Positions 14,701-25,656 of a DNA stretch of 64,000 nucleotides are shown piece after piece. The notes under the pieces are model-generated. The model was given only the letters and a program-made list of their open reading frames with translations. It was not told the DNA's origin and ran no database searches. The translations under genes and the position numbers were made by a program. Source of the stretch: Octopus sinensis (lineage: Eukaryota). Each line of letters begins with the position of its first letter. The first letter of the stretch is position 1. The stretch lies in NCBI RefSeq assembly GCF_006345805.1, contig NC_043007.1:44020001-44084000 (forward strand), written 5' to 3'.

Positions 14701-17256
14701 TTTTCCAATGTTCTGCGCCGTGAGGACCAAAGACTGGAGGTGTTTCGTGTTGCAAGACAGTGTGTGAGAGAGAATTGTGATGTGGTAGGAGAGAAGTGTG
14801 TTCGCATGGAAGATGATTCACTTGCGCTAAATGAGGATGCAAAGAGAGAGGTTTGGAGACGCCACTATGAAAGGTTGCTGAATAAAGAAAATGAATGAGA
14901 TAAAGAGAGTCTGCCGAATGTTGACCCAACAGAGGGACCAGCTATTCGAGTTGACAGTTCCTTGGTAGTTAAGGCAATAAGAAGCATGAAGACAGGAAAG
15001 CCCTAGGCCCATCAGGAATCATTGCAGAGATGCTCAAAATATCTGGTAGTGTCGGCTATAGCCTAGTCACCCGTATAGTTAATCAGGTGATACGCGAAGG
15101 AGTCATACCCAATGACTGGTGTAGCAGCATAATAATCAACTGCTACAAAGGTAAAGGTGATGCCCTAGATACAAATAATTACAGAGGTATCAAGCTGTTG
15201 GATCAGGTAATGAAGGTTACAGAGAGGGTCATAGCCCAACTAATTAGAGAGAGAGTTAGTTTAGATGAGATGCAGTTTGGGTTCGTGCCAGGGAAAAGTA
15301 CCACTGATGCTATATTCCTGGTAAAGCAGCTGCAGGAGAAATACCTAGCCAAAGATAAGCCCCTGTACCTGGCTTTTGTTGACGTGGAGAAAGCCTTCGA
15401 CAGGGTCCCCTGATCCCTTATCTGGTGGTCAATGAGGAAACTAGGGATAGATGAATGGTTAGTGAGAGCTGTGCGAGCCATGTACAGGGACGCTGCTAGT
15501 AAGGTGAGGGTTGGCAACATGTACAGTGAAGAATTCCGGGTAGAGGTAGGGGTCCACCAAGGCTTAGTCCTCAGCCCCTTCCTATTTATCATAGTCCTCC
15601 AGGCAATAACGGAGGAATTCAAGACAGGATGCCTCTGGGAGCTCCTCTATGCTGATGACCTTGCTCTAATTGCTGAGTCACAATCAGAACTGGAGGAGAA
15701 GTTTCAGGTGTGGAAGCAAGGATTAGTATCGAAGGGCCTTAGAGTCAATCTAGCTAAAACCAAAGTCCTAATAAGTAGGAAGGTAGACAAATCACAAACG
15801 CCTTTAAGTAGATGGCCCTGCTATATCTGTAGAAAAGGTGTAGGTAGAAACTCTATAAGATGCACCAAGTGTAAGCTATGGACACATAAGAGGTGCAGCA
15901 ATGTCAAAGGAAGGCTAACTAGGAAGTTGTTTGTGTATGTGGCAGATGCTCAGGAGCAATAAACACTGAAAATGCTCTGAGACCAACTTCTGCCACTTTC
16001 CAGGGAGAAAAACTAGAAATAGTTGATAGCTTTCGTTACCTAGGTGACCAAGTCAGTAGCGGGGACGGGTGTGCTGAAAGTGTAACTGCTAGAGTAAGAA
16101 TAGCTTGGGCAAAGTTCAGAGAGCTCTTACCTCTGCTGGTGACAAAAGGCCTCTCGCTCAGAGTAAAAGGCAGACTGTATGACGCGTGTGTATGAACAGC
16201 CATGCTACATGGCAGTGAAACATGAGCCGTGACTGCTGAGGATATGCGTAAGCTCGCAAGAAATGAAGGCAGTATGCTCTGATGGATGTGTAGTGTCAGT
16301 GTTCATACTTGACAGAGTGTAAGTACCTTGAGAGAAAAGATGGACCTAAGAAGCATCAGATGTGGTGTGCAAGAGAGACGTTTGCACTGGTATGGTCATG
16401 TGGCAAGAATGGTTGAAGATAGTTGTGTGAAAAAGTGCCACACCCTAGCGGTTGAGGGAACCTGTGGAAGAGGCAGACCCAGGAAGACCTGGGACGAGGT
16501 GGTGAAGCACGACCTTCGAACTTTAGGTCTCACGGAGGAAATGACTAGAGACCGAGACCTCTGGAAGTATGCTGTGCGTGAGAAGACCCGGCAAGACAAG
16601 TGAGACCATAACCAGTGGCCTTCTACACAGGATGTAGCCAGTCCACTTATGCATACCTTCCCTTCTTGGGACACAAAACTCTACTTGTGAAGACCTGTTG
16701 AGGCAAGTGAGAATCAGAATCGAAATCGATCAATGGAAATTGCAGCTGAGATACCAGTGCCGGTGGCACGTAAGAGAACCATCCGAACGTGGCCATTGCC
16801 AGCGCCGCCCCGACTGGCCTCTTGCCGGTGGCATGTAAAAAGCACCATCCGAACGTGGCCGTTGCCAGCCTCGCCTGGCCCCCGTGCCAGTGGTACATAA
16901 AAAGCACCATCCGTTCGTGGCTGTTGCCAGCCTCGCCTGGCCCCCGTGCCAGTGGCACATAAAAAGCACCATCCGTTCATGGGTGTTGCCAGCCTCACCT
17001 GGCCCCCGTGCAGGTGGTACATAAAAAGCACCATCCGATCATGGCCGTTTGCCAGACTCGTCTGGCACCTGTGCCGGTGGCACATAAAAAGCATCCACTA
17101 CACTCATGGAGTGGTTGGCGTTAGGAAGGACATCCAGCCGTAGAAACACTGCCAGATCAGACTGGGCCTGGTGCAGCCTTCTAGCTTCCCAGACCCCAGT
17201 TGAACCGTCCAACCCATGCTAGCATGGAAAGCAGACGCTAAACGATGATGATGATG

Positions 17257-17287
<31 letters not shown>

Positions 17288-20200
17288 AGGTCTGTGTGCA
17301 TATATTACATATATATATATTGACATTATACAGTATATATGCTACAAATCATTGAAATATCTTTTTGTATGTTCTAAGTTGAAAAATAAGCAAAGTAAAA
17401 TGTTACGTTTTTTAAATTCTTCAACAAACTTCCGAACAGAATCAAGTGAACTTAGATCACAATGTAGAGCTGTCACATTAGTATTATTTGTCTTTTTCTG
17501 GATTTCCTGGGCAATTTTTTGGCCAGCTTCAATATCCCGACATGCCATTATGACACGAGCTCCTGGAAACAGAATAATGTCAGAATAAAATAAAACAATA
17601 ACAAACATGATATATAATAATCAGATCAAAAGACATGTGCACAAAGAAAAGATGAAGCTTTTTATGGAAAAACAACCACCTTAATATAGTTGGCAATCCT
17701 TTATTAAAAAATTTTTAAATCCCAAAACTTCCAAGGTCAGAATTTTTTCAAGTGAGAGAAGTACCACAAATGGAAAATTCCAGGAAATGATTAAAAGGCT
17801 TCCTGGAAATATACATCAGTTGCAAGCAATGCATCATGTCATCAGCTGTTAGGTGTAACATCACCCACCCTGGTTTGAACAAAAAAGTAATAGGTGGATT
17901 TGGGTTGTAAAGGATATTTTGCTCAAAGTGAAACTGCTACAATTAAAGAAAACTAAACTGGCATCAAATTGATATAAAACCACCCCACCCCAACAGATGT
18001 GTGCACGTGCTGTATTGTGAATTATAAACAGAGAATTGGAGAATGTGTATAGACATAGGTTCAATCCACATGTCACATTTTTAGATGCAAATATACAATC
18101 ATTGTAAAATCTACAAGCAATACTTTCAATCCTGAACATTCAAAATACATTTATTATCAAGTGTTAATGACAAAATAGGCTATATTACTAAATCCACCTA
18201 AATTATTGATTATTTTTCAAAAGGATTTGAAAAGGGATAACCTGGATCATTGATGATTTCAAAGAATAAAAAGCTTTTAAAAGAAACTGTAGATATTTTA
18301 AATGAAGATAAATATTGTTTCCTAATTTAATTTTTCATTAATTTTATATTCCAGTATAAGCTGGAGATGTCTCTAGCTGTTTGTGGGTGTGATGACATTT
18401 GGTCTATTTCTCTGTGCTTACAACAAGCAGAGAGATAAACCAGCATGTAGGTGACACTTAGACAAATATTGTTTATTCTTTTCAAAATGTAAAATTCAAA
18501 TTTCCTAGATAAAGTATAGTGTTATACTATAAAAATATATACATGTTGAATGGGCTGTAAAAGTTCCTCTCAACTCATAGCTAATCAGATATTGTGACCA
18601 CCATGAAATACACTGCATACAAATAAAAAATTCATACAGAACAGAAAAGGAAGTTTGTTAAAATAGGTGAAATAATGTTATAAAAGGGAAATGTTTCCGT
18701 CATTGAGAAACAAAATCTTGTCTTCTTAATCTCAGATTTTCTCTATTAAAAAAACCAACTTCTTACCTCTTGAAGCAAAATCAGTAGCAGCAGCTTGACC
18801 CATTCCTGAAGTTGCTCCTGTCACTAGTACAGTCTCTTTTTTCAGTTGTTTTTTGCTCTGATAAGGTGTTCCCCGTAAATATTGCCTGACAAGAAAAAAT
18901 AAATCAAACGTCACAAAATTCATCATCATCATTATAATCCATTTAATGTCCTTTTTCCATACTGGCATAGGTTGGGCAGTTCAACAAGATCCAACAAGTT
19001 GGAGGATCATGTCATGTTTCAGTGTTTTCTACGGCTGGATGCTCTTCCTAATGTTGACCACTTTACAGAGTACACTCGGTACTTTACCATAAGAGAGAAC
19101 CAAACCAAAGGATGATGTCAGAAAAAAAAATACCCATGGCAAGGAGAGGCGAACATCATGGCTAGTGTGGGTCTGTGGTGGATGGGACCTAGAATAGATA
19201 CCTACTGAGAAATAGATATATTGGGGTGGGGGGTTCTTGGGTGATGTGGTGATTCCCATTACACAGAAACTAGTTTATTTAATAGTTAATATTTATGAGT
19301 TAGTTTATTAAAACAAAATAGTATGATCCACAACTAGACAAAAATACAATATGGCCCACAGAGAAAAAAAAACATGATTCTTGACTAAACATAAACATAC
19401 TATGGCTCACAACTAGATAAAAAAAAACTGTATGATCCTCAACTAAAAAGGAACAGTGTAGCCATGACTAGAAAAACAATATGGTCCTCATCTAGACAGA
19501 AACTCAGTATGGCTTACAATTAGACAAAATTGTGGTATGATCCACGAGACAGAAACAAAGTATAGCCCACGAGAAGTTAAATATGGTTATCTAGAGTAGT
19601 GGGTCTCTAGATTACACCAAATATAACTACTGAAGTACAATGCAATTTCAAATATAACATAGCCTCTTTCATTTTTTGTCTAAATGTCAATTACATATTT
19701 TGTTTTCTTATCCTTGTTTACACCAAAGTATATATATTTTTTCCTTATTTATTCTCAGGTATAATCCTAATGTTTTGTATTGAATTTCTTGCATAAACAC
19801 AAGTAAATACAGAAGTTATTTAATCAACCTCCTATATATATTCAACTGCTAACCACCCAATATAACAACAAAATGTACCAGCTTCTTTTCCACTTCCTAT
19901 CACCTGCACACTATCTCATCTTCCAAACTCCATATTGCCATTCCCCACCCTGTATCCTCCCTTTATATCTTTCATTGAATATTTTGGTTAAAATTAAGAA
20001 CTAAGTTTAAAATGTATTATCTCAGAACAATAAGTAGTAAGCCTAATCATGCATTTAACTGTGAAAACGGAGTTGAAGAAATAATCAAAATTGCTAATTG
20101 TGTAAATAAAAAGAAGGGATAAAAATACCAAACACAACTACACTGTGAGCAGTGGGAGGAGGGCATCCTATTGTTTGTTGTTGTTGTTTGATCATTAATT

Positions 20201-23200
20201 CCAGCAGATCTAAATTATTCCAGCTGTGACATTTTATATATTTTTTTCAAACATTATATCTCTAGGTCAATATCCATTGTTTCTATTCTTTTTGTAAGAT
20301 GACAAAGTATGACTGCTATTTCTATCAAGTCAGACTACCACACAGAACTTTACCTCCTCAGAGTGTAACATGAGTGCTGAGGTAGCCATATCTTAGGTTT
20401 GAATTTAAAGTTTCAGTCTGGTGTAAAACCAACAAAGTATTTAAAGTGTCCTTCTCATTTTTTAACATGGAGGAGTGTGATTTGATAGTAAATTGGCTAC
20501 TATTTCTAGTAGTCAAGCAACTGCATTGAGGTTACCTCACTGGCACAGTCTTATCACAAACACTGATGATAAGTGGGTAAGCGACAGTATAAAGGGCATT
20601 GTTGATCTCTCAAAGATGTAACAAATTAATCAAATAGGCATGATAGTGTAGTTAAGAAGCTTGCTTTTCAACCATGTGGTCTTGGGTTCAGTCCTATTGT
20701 GTAGCATTTTGGGCAAGTGTCTTCTACTATATCCATGTGTCAACCAAAGCTTTTTTTTTTTTGTGGAAATGGTAGACAGAAACTGAAAGAAGTGTATTGT
20801 ATATATGCAAAAAAACATGCACACACACACAATCATCATTTAACAGCTGTTGTCCATGCTGGCATGGGTTGGATGGTCCAGCTTCTCTCTAAATACACTA
20901 ACATTTTGTCAAACATGTGCACTTACATTTCACATCCAGCAGAGCATACTACCCCATTCTTCTCTAGCTTTCGCATGTCTCCTGCATTCAGGGCCCACAT
21001 CTCACCACCATGTAGAACTGTTGTCCAACTTTGTCTTGACATCATCTGATGATTGTAAATGAGATTCCCCATTGTACAGGAAATGTTCGTTTCCAGTCTT
21101 CCATGGATAATATATCTGGCTATGGGGAAATATTACCTTGCTTGAAAGCAGATAAGGGCTGGCAACAGGAAGGGCACATGGCTACAGAAAATCTGCTACA
21201 ACAAATTGTGTCTGACCTATGCAAGCATGGAAAAGTGGACATTAAAGAATTATGATGAACGAAAGAACATGTTGTAAAACCTATATTATCTTAACTAAAA
21301 AAATTTTTAACACGAGATCTGCAAATGTTTTCATAGTAAATTCTATAGTATTCCATTGAGAAAATATCCTAAAATTTAATATCTTTGTACTTGGAAGACC
21401 CCCAAATGCACGAGATGATGCCCTAAGCAACAGCCTGAATTAGCAGTAGGTACCTTTAGTCAGTTTTGCCTATGGTTAAAGGTTTCCAGCAATAACAAAT
21501 TTAAGACTACATTACTGAATATGACACACCTTTTTCAGAAATTGATATGACGAGTAATTTAAGGATTTGGCTGCTATTTCTGGCAAATCAAGTGACCATG
21601 TGGAGATTCCTCTCAACTGGTTTACACTCTCTGTTGGAAAGTGAGGTGATCCTGGAGTTTAGTTCTCCAATTTCTCTTTGTCAAGCATCATTTAGTACTA
21701 TTCTGTTTGGTGGCTTCCAATTAAGAAACTTGTAGAAACTTAATACTTGATTTGGGGACTTTCCGTTCATTATCTTACCCTCTTACTGGTATTTTTTTCA
21801 CGGCCTTTTAGCGTGGCCAATTTTTATATTTCAGTTTGACTAAAAACACAAGTTCTCTGCCGATCATTAATTATTGTATCAACTTTTTACAACAAGTTAA
21901 GCCAAAGTAATTACATAAAAAATCGCCGGTCACCAAAGTAAAAACAGCTGCTAACTGACAAAAATGAATGTGAAACGTTCAACTCGATCGCCAAAACAAA
22001 AACTTGCCTAATGAGTTAAATTTTCCATTTGTACAAAACAGACACTTCACGTTTTCATACACATTTCTAAAATCTCGAAAAGAGAAACTTTTACTAATTA
22101 TATTCCAGGTTTTCTCTTATCAATAATTTTTCAATCTCACCGTTAATCCTTCTTTTAAAATATCTGTTTTGGATTTTTAAACGTTCGTTTGTGTTCTACA
22201 TTTGTTTTCAAGATAACCTCTTAAATTTCTGTTCGGAAACGGGCTGATCACTATTTTCACTCATAGACACACAAACAATGTAACATATCAGCATTTCTTT
22301 TGTCTTTTGTACTGTGATGAGTGAGTCCAAGTTTATTTTAAAATATTTGAAGTTAAAATAATATTTTAAACCACTACCCAAAATGTGTGTGAATTTTTCT
22401 TTTTTAGACAGTAGGGTACGAGTTAAGGCAATCCGGCTACTACATTTTGCAGGTCAAGTGTAAATACTATACCTCTTTGGAATATATAGTATTTAGTTAG
22501 ATTCGAAAGAGGAACTTCAGCATTTTAGGACACAAAATAGTGATATTCTTATCAAACTAAAAATACAAAATATTAAGTAAAACAAGACATAAATAGCCAT
22601 ATAAAACAAATTAATTTTTATCTATTCCAGAGAAGACTTGAAGACTTTGTATAGAATATTAACGAGTTAAAAAGGTTCGAGTGGGAACAGAAATAGCATT
22701 GTTGAAAGAAAGGAAAATTCTGTAAAGAAAAACTCATGAAATAATTCAATTTTCAATTGAAAAAAAAATAATGTAAACAAATTCATGTTACGATAACGTG
22801 AAATCAGAAACATTAGAATCTAACTTTTACAGAGCTCAAATATCAGTATTTATTATTTTAGACAGGTGACGGATATTCTAATATAAAAATGGTTTAAGAA
22901 TAGCTATCAATACCTTATAGGAAAGGAAATGGGCCAGAATTGGAAGTCTAAAGTATCAAAAAAATTGAAATTTAGGGGAAAAAATTTCCTTTAAGAATCG
23001 TAATTTTTTGTTGTCTGCAAACAGAAACATTGCAAAAAAAGATGGTGGGGAGGAAACCCATCCAATTCCTTCCCCGTAAGATAGCGACAGCTATTCAGAA
23101 ACTCCGATGATAACAGATAGTTAAATTACCTGAAAGCGAATGCAAAACCGCCAATAAGGGCAAATATAATTGGGAACCAAGAACTGAAGAAAGCATCAAA

Positions 23201-23227
23201 CGCAGTACTAATCCCACCACCCGCCAT
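3379..23227 (-). CDS. Retinol dehydrogenase 11/12/13-like SDR, complete 7-exon gene: join(23130..23227,18767..18885,17407..17562,11120..11224,9297..9506,6897..7104,3379..3484), 333 aa
   Basis: All six introns are GT-AG with compatible phases; exon lengths sum to 1002 bp ending in TGA. Motifs: N-terminal hydrophobic anchor, TGATSGMG (TGxxxGxG), [18 protein letters not shown] (YxxxK), [11 protein letters not shown]-terminal KKLWEES. Confidence 0.93.
3646..5747 (+). mobile_element. Internally deleted, decayed Helitron (Rep C-terminus plus Pif1 helicase) in RDH intron 6
   Basis: A|TC start, CTAG|T end at 5744..5748. Frameshifted fragments: [91 protein letters not shown]. The Walker A segment is missing. 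Confidence 0.9.
6125..6460 (+). mobile_element. tRNA-derived SINE family C (others: 480..690 -, 26990..27360 -, 30940..31160 +, 55505..55720 -)
   Basis: tggctcagtNgtta A-box-like head and conserved core ttgctccagttcactcagctg. Confidence 0.75.
6897..7104 (-). CDS. RDH-like exon 6 ([21 protein letters not shown]...TSGKYFV)
   Basis: ctttcaag| acceptor, |gtaagt donor, 208 bp. Confidence 0.93.
9297..9506 (-). CDS. RDH-like exon 5 ([28 protein letters not shown]...[21 protein letters not shown])
   Basis: ttctttcag| acceptor, |gtatgt donor, 210 bp, YxxxK at 9343..9357. Confidence 0.95.
9960..10470 (+). mobile_element. Older RTE 3' fragment with SINE-type tail
   Basis: [11 protein letters not shown]...GRGRPKKMW followed by the shared 3' tail and (GAT)n. 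Confidence 0.8.
10480..10700 (-). mobile_element. piggyBac (PGBD-like) transposase remnant
   Basis: [26 protein letters not shown] resembles the conserved piggyBac E(I/M)KAFxGLLxxMGxxxxPSxxDYWS segment. Confidence 0.55.
11120..11224 (-). CDS. RDH-like exon 4 ([35 protein letters not shown])
   Basis: ttttcacag| acceptor, |gtaaaa donor, 105 bp, NNAG motif; not in the supplied ORF track. Confidence 0.95.
11677..12400. repeat. Perfect 122-bp inverted repeat (11677..11798 / 12279..12400)
   Basis: Base-by-base reverse-complement identity over 122 bp with a 480-bp spacer. Confidence 0.92.
12932..17257 (+). mobile_element. Near-full-length, inactivated RTE-clade LINE (APE endonuclease plus RT) antisense in RDH intron 3
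   Basis: [66 protein letters not shown]. Several in-frame stops and frameshifts; (GAT)n tail; TA repeats on both flanks. The 5' boundary is approximate. Confidence 0.92.
16759..17095 (+). repeat. ~62-bp tandem repeat (about 5.5 units) in the RTE 3' UTR
   Basis: Unit gccRgtggYacataaaaagcaccatccgWWcgtggcYgttgccagcctcgcctggcccccgt; a shorter array recurs at ~46430..46610. Confidence 0.9.
17407..17562 (-). CDS. RDH-like exon 3 ([51 protein letters not shown])
   Basis: ctgtttccag| acceptor, |gtaaca donor, 156 bp, [10 protein letters not shown] motif. Confidence 0.95.
18767..18885 (-). CDS. RDH-like exon 2 ([40 protein letters not shown])
   Basis: ttcttgtcag| acceptor, |gtaaga donor, Rossmann glycine motif, 119 bp. 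Confidence 0.95.
19322..19575. repeat. Degenerate ~25-30-bp minisatellite, about 10 units
   Basis: Recurring atgRYccacaactagaca(a)n..ca(a/g)t. Confidence 0.6.
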
Positions 23228-23568
23228 GTTGCTGAGATTCTAGCAGAGTTATTTCCCCCTTTTAGATGTGAATGACCCAGGAGGGGAGGGGACAATAAGA
23301 GGCGGGGGAGGATATACTCTACTGTACTTAATACAAAATCTTTTGAATACCTTTACACGTATTTTACGTCTCACTAGTTTCTTGACAATTTACTCGCGCG
23401 GACGCACATACATATATTCTTTTACTTGTTTCAGTCATTTGACGGCGGCCATGCTAGAGCACCGCATTTAGTCGAACAAATCGACCCCAAACCGCTAAAT
23501 TGCGGGGACGTAAACACACCAACATCGGTTGTCACGCGATGGCGGAGGGCAAACACAGACATACGACT

Positions 23569-23603
<35 letters not shown>

Positions 23604-23650
23604 GTCGAAATTACAGAAAAGCAAAAGACGAAGATAGGTGTATGAACTAC
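21750..23650 (-). promoter_or_regulatory. CpG-retaining region around RDH-like exon 1 (probable unmethylated promoter/5' region)
   Basis: Many intact CG dinucleotides in largely non-repeat sequence spanning exon 1 and the first ~1.4 kb of intron 1, against CpG-poor downstream introns. TSS not identifiable. Confidence 0.45.
23130..23227 (-). CDS. RDH-like exon 1 ([33 protein letters not shown]), membrane anchor
   Basis: ATG at 23227, donor AG|GTAATT, phase 2 joins exon 2 to give R-QYLRG; lies in a CpG-retaining region. Confidence 0.85.
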
Positions 23651-23974
23651 AAAGAGGTGTATAAGTTTGACGCTTGGAAAAGTGAGAAAGTCTTTAAGTT
23701 TCGAGCCTATGCTCTTCAACAGAAAGGAATAAGAGAAAATAAACAGAGAGAGAATGAGAAAACAGGCGACTGGTTGGGAAAAAAGGGTTTGTCAGGAGAG
23801 GTAGAAAGATTAAAATGAATCTCCCAATGTTATTGTGCATTTTCATCCATTGTTGTGTATATACAACACAACCAGTACAGGAACTTCTAACCACTTTTCA
23901 CTATATATATAGGTGTAGGCATGGCCGTGTGATAAGTAGCTAGCTTCCCAGTGGCACACTGTCTGTGAGAAAAA

Positions 23975-24700
23975 CAGCACCATGACACAATTCCCTCTGC
24001 CAGAAATTGGGAAATGACATGCTGTACTGCTTGGCATCCCACTGGAATCTCCAATACAAACAGATGGTCAACACACAGAACAACTATTGGCTTGCTGTGT
24101 CCCCAAAACATGTACCGAGAGTGATAAAAATCAAACATTCAGTCGACATCATGGTGTCTGAAGTAATCACTAGTAATTGCAACATTGTGCCTCCATTCAT
24201 CTTCCCACACGGCTTCACACTCAACGCAGAGGCCTACATCAAGTGCCTGGAGGAGGTAGTGATGCCCTGGGTCAAAAGTGTAGCTGCTGGATGACTCTAT
24301 ATCTGGCAACAAGACTCTGGACCATGCCACACATGCAGGAGAACCCAGTCATGGCTGTCAGACAATTTCTGTGACCACATCACCCCTAACATCTTGCAAC
24401 CTAACTCCCCAGACTGCAATCCTCTTGATTATCATGTGTGGGGTTCAGATGAGCAAGAGAACAACAAAACTTCTTGTAACACCAAAGATGAATTGAAGGC
24501 AAGGATTATGGCAACATTTACCAACTTAAACAAGGAGACTGTCAAGAAGAGTTACAGGAGATTCCAAAGTTGTCTGGAGGCTGTTGTTGAAGCCAATGGC
24601 AATTTTATTGAATAAATTTGCTCTTTAGTATTTCAAGACATTTTTATGTAATTTTGGTATATATATATATCTATTAAAATGAGATGTCAGTGTTATGTTC
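23975..24700 (+). mobile_element. Tc1/maT-like transposase remnant
   Basis: YIKCLEEVVMPWV, WQQDSGPCH, PNSPDCNPLDYHVWG, CLEAVVEANGNFIE; disrupted. Confidence 0.85.
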
Positions 24701-24705
24701 ACTTT

Positions 24706-24741
<36 letters not shown>

Positions 24742-24951
24742 GGGCTAGAGGTGGAGCTTTGTATCAGTGTTTGCCCTCACCACTTTTTCCCCACTGGTGT
24801 TGGTGTGTCTACATCCCCATAACTTTGACAAAAGAGATCAATAGAATAAGTACCAAGCTTTAAAAAAAGTATTGAGGTTGATTCATTCAACTAAAAACTT
24901 TTCAAGGCTGTGCCCTGGCACAGCTACAGTCTAGTGACTGAAACAACTAAA

Positions 24952-25024
<73 letters not shown>

Positions 25025-25419
25025 CTGTTTTACTCTTGCCACCTGTAAAGTTTTAAATAATCACCGACAGAGCTGAGAAGTATTTTAACAGTATTTGCTA
25101 CTCAACTCTCTCAGTTAATGCATAGTCACACCCTTTTCTTTTTCTTTCATTTATTTCACCACTACCACCACCTCTTCCTCTCCACCTTTTGTATCAGGTG
25201 TATACAATATTTATGTCAAGGGCTTCACATCATCTCGTATGATCTTAGCTAAATTTACGATTGTCACAAAGTAGATATTGCAAACACTCACCACCACTTT
25301 TTTCTAGATTATTTTAAGCTCTGCAAACTTCCAAACAGTTTTGGAAACTGTGAAAAAGGTGATAGGCTCAACATTTTCTCCTGTAAGTAGAGTGTGTGTG
25401 TGTGTGTGTGTGTATATAT

Positions 25420-25618
25420 AACGGGAAAGTTTACGAAAATAAACAAAAGACGAAGGCAGGTGGAGTACAAACAAACAAATGTATTAGTATGGCGCTCAGG
25501 AATAGAAATATAGAAATAGAACAAGTCTTTTACATTTCAAGCCTATGCTCTTCGACAGAAAGATACACAGAAAAAAAAACAAGGAGAGAAAAAAAATGCG
25601 TGTAGGAGCTAATGATTT

Positions 25619-25620
<2 letters not shown>
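25420..25620 (-). mobile_element. Second copy of the ~200-bp hammerhead-like element (motif 25526..25563)
   Basis: UCUUU CUGUCGA A GAGC-AUAG-GCUU GAA AUGU A AAAGA on the minus strand; microsatellites on both sides. Confidence 0.6.

Positions 25621-25656
<36 letters not shown>

Noticed and set aside
16759-17095. 62-bp periodic array as a possible CRISPR
   Set aside because: Units are contiguous tandem repeats without unique spacers, lie inside a LINE 3' UTR, and there are no cas genes in this eukaryotic DNA. The same holds for the ~25-bp array at 27460..27620.
19029-19259. ORF with a hydrophobic stretch as a candidate RDH exon 1
   Set aside because: Its donor lies within a SINE and is phase 1, whereas exon 2 needs phase 2; 23130..23227 fits properly.
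21770-22260. Strong minus-strand donor-like sites (21777, 22140) as extra RDH exons
   Set aside because: No in-frame ATG or open frame compatible with exon 2; alternative non-coding use cannot be supported without RNA data.
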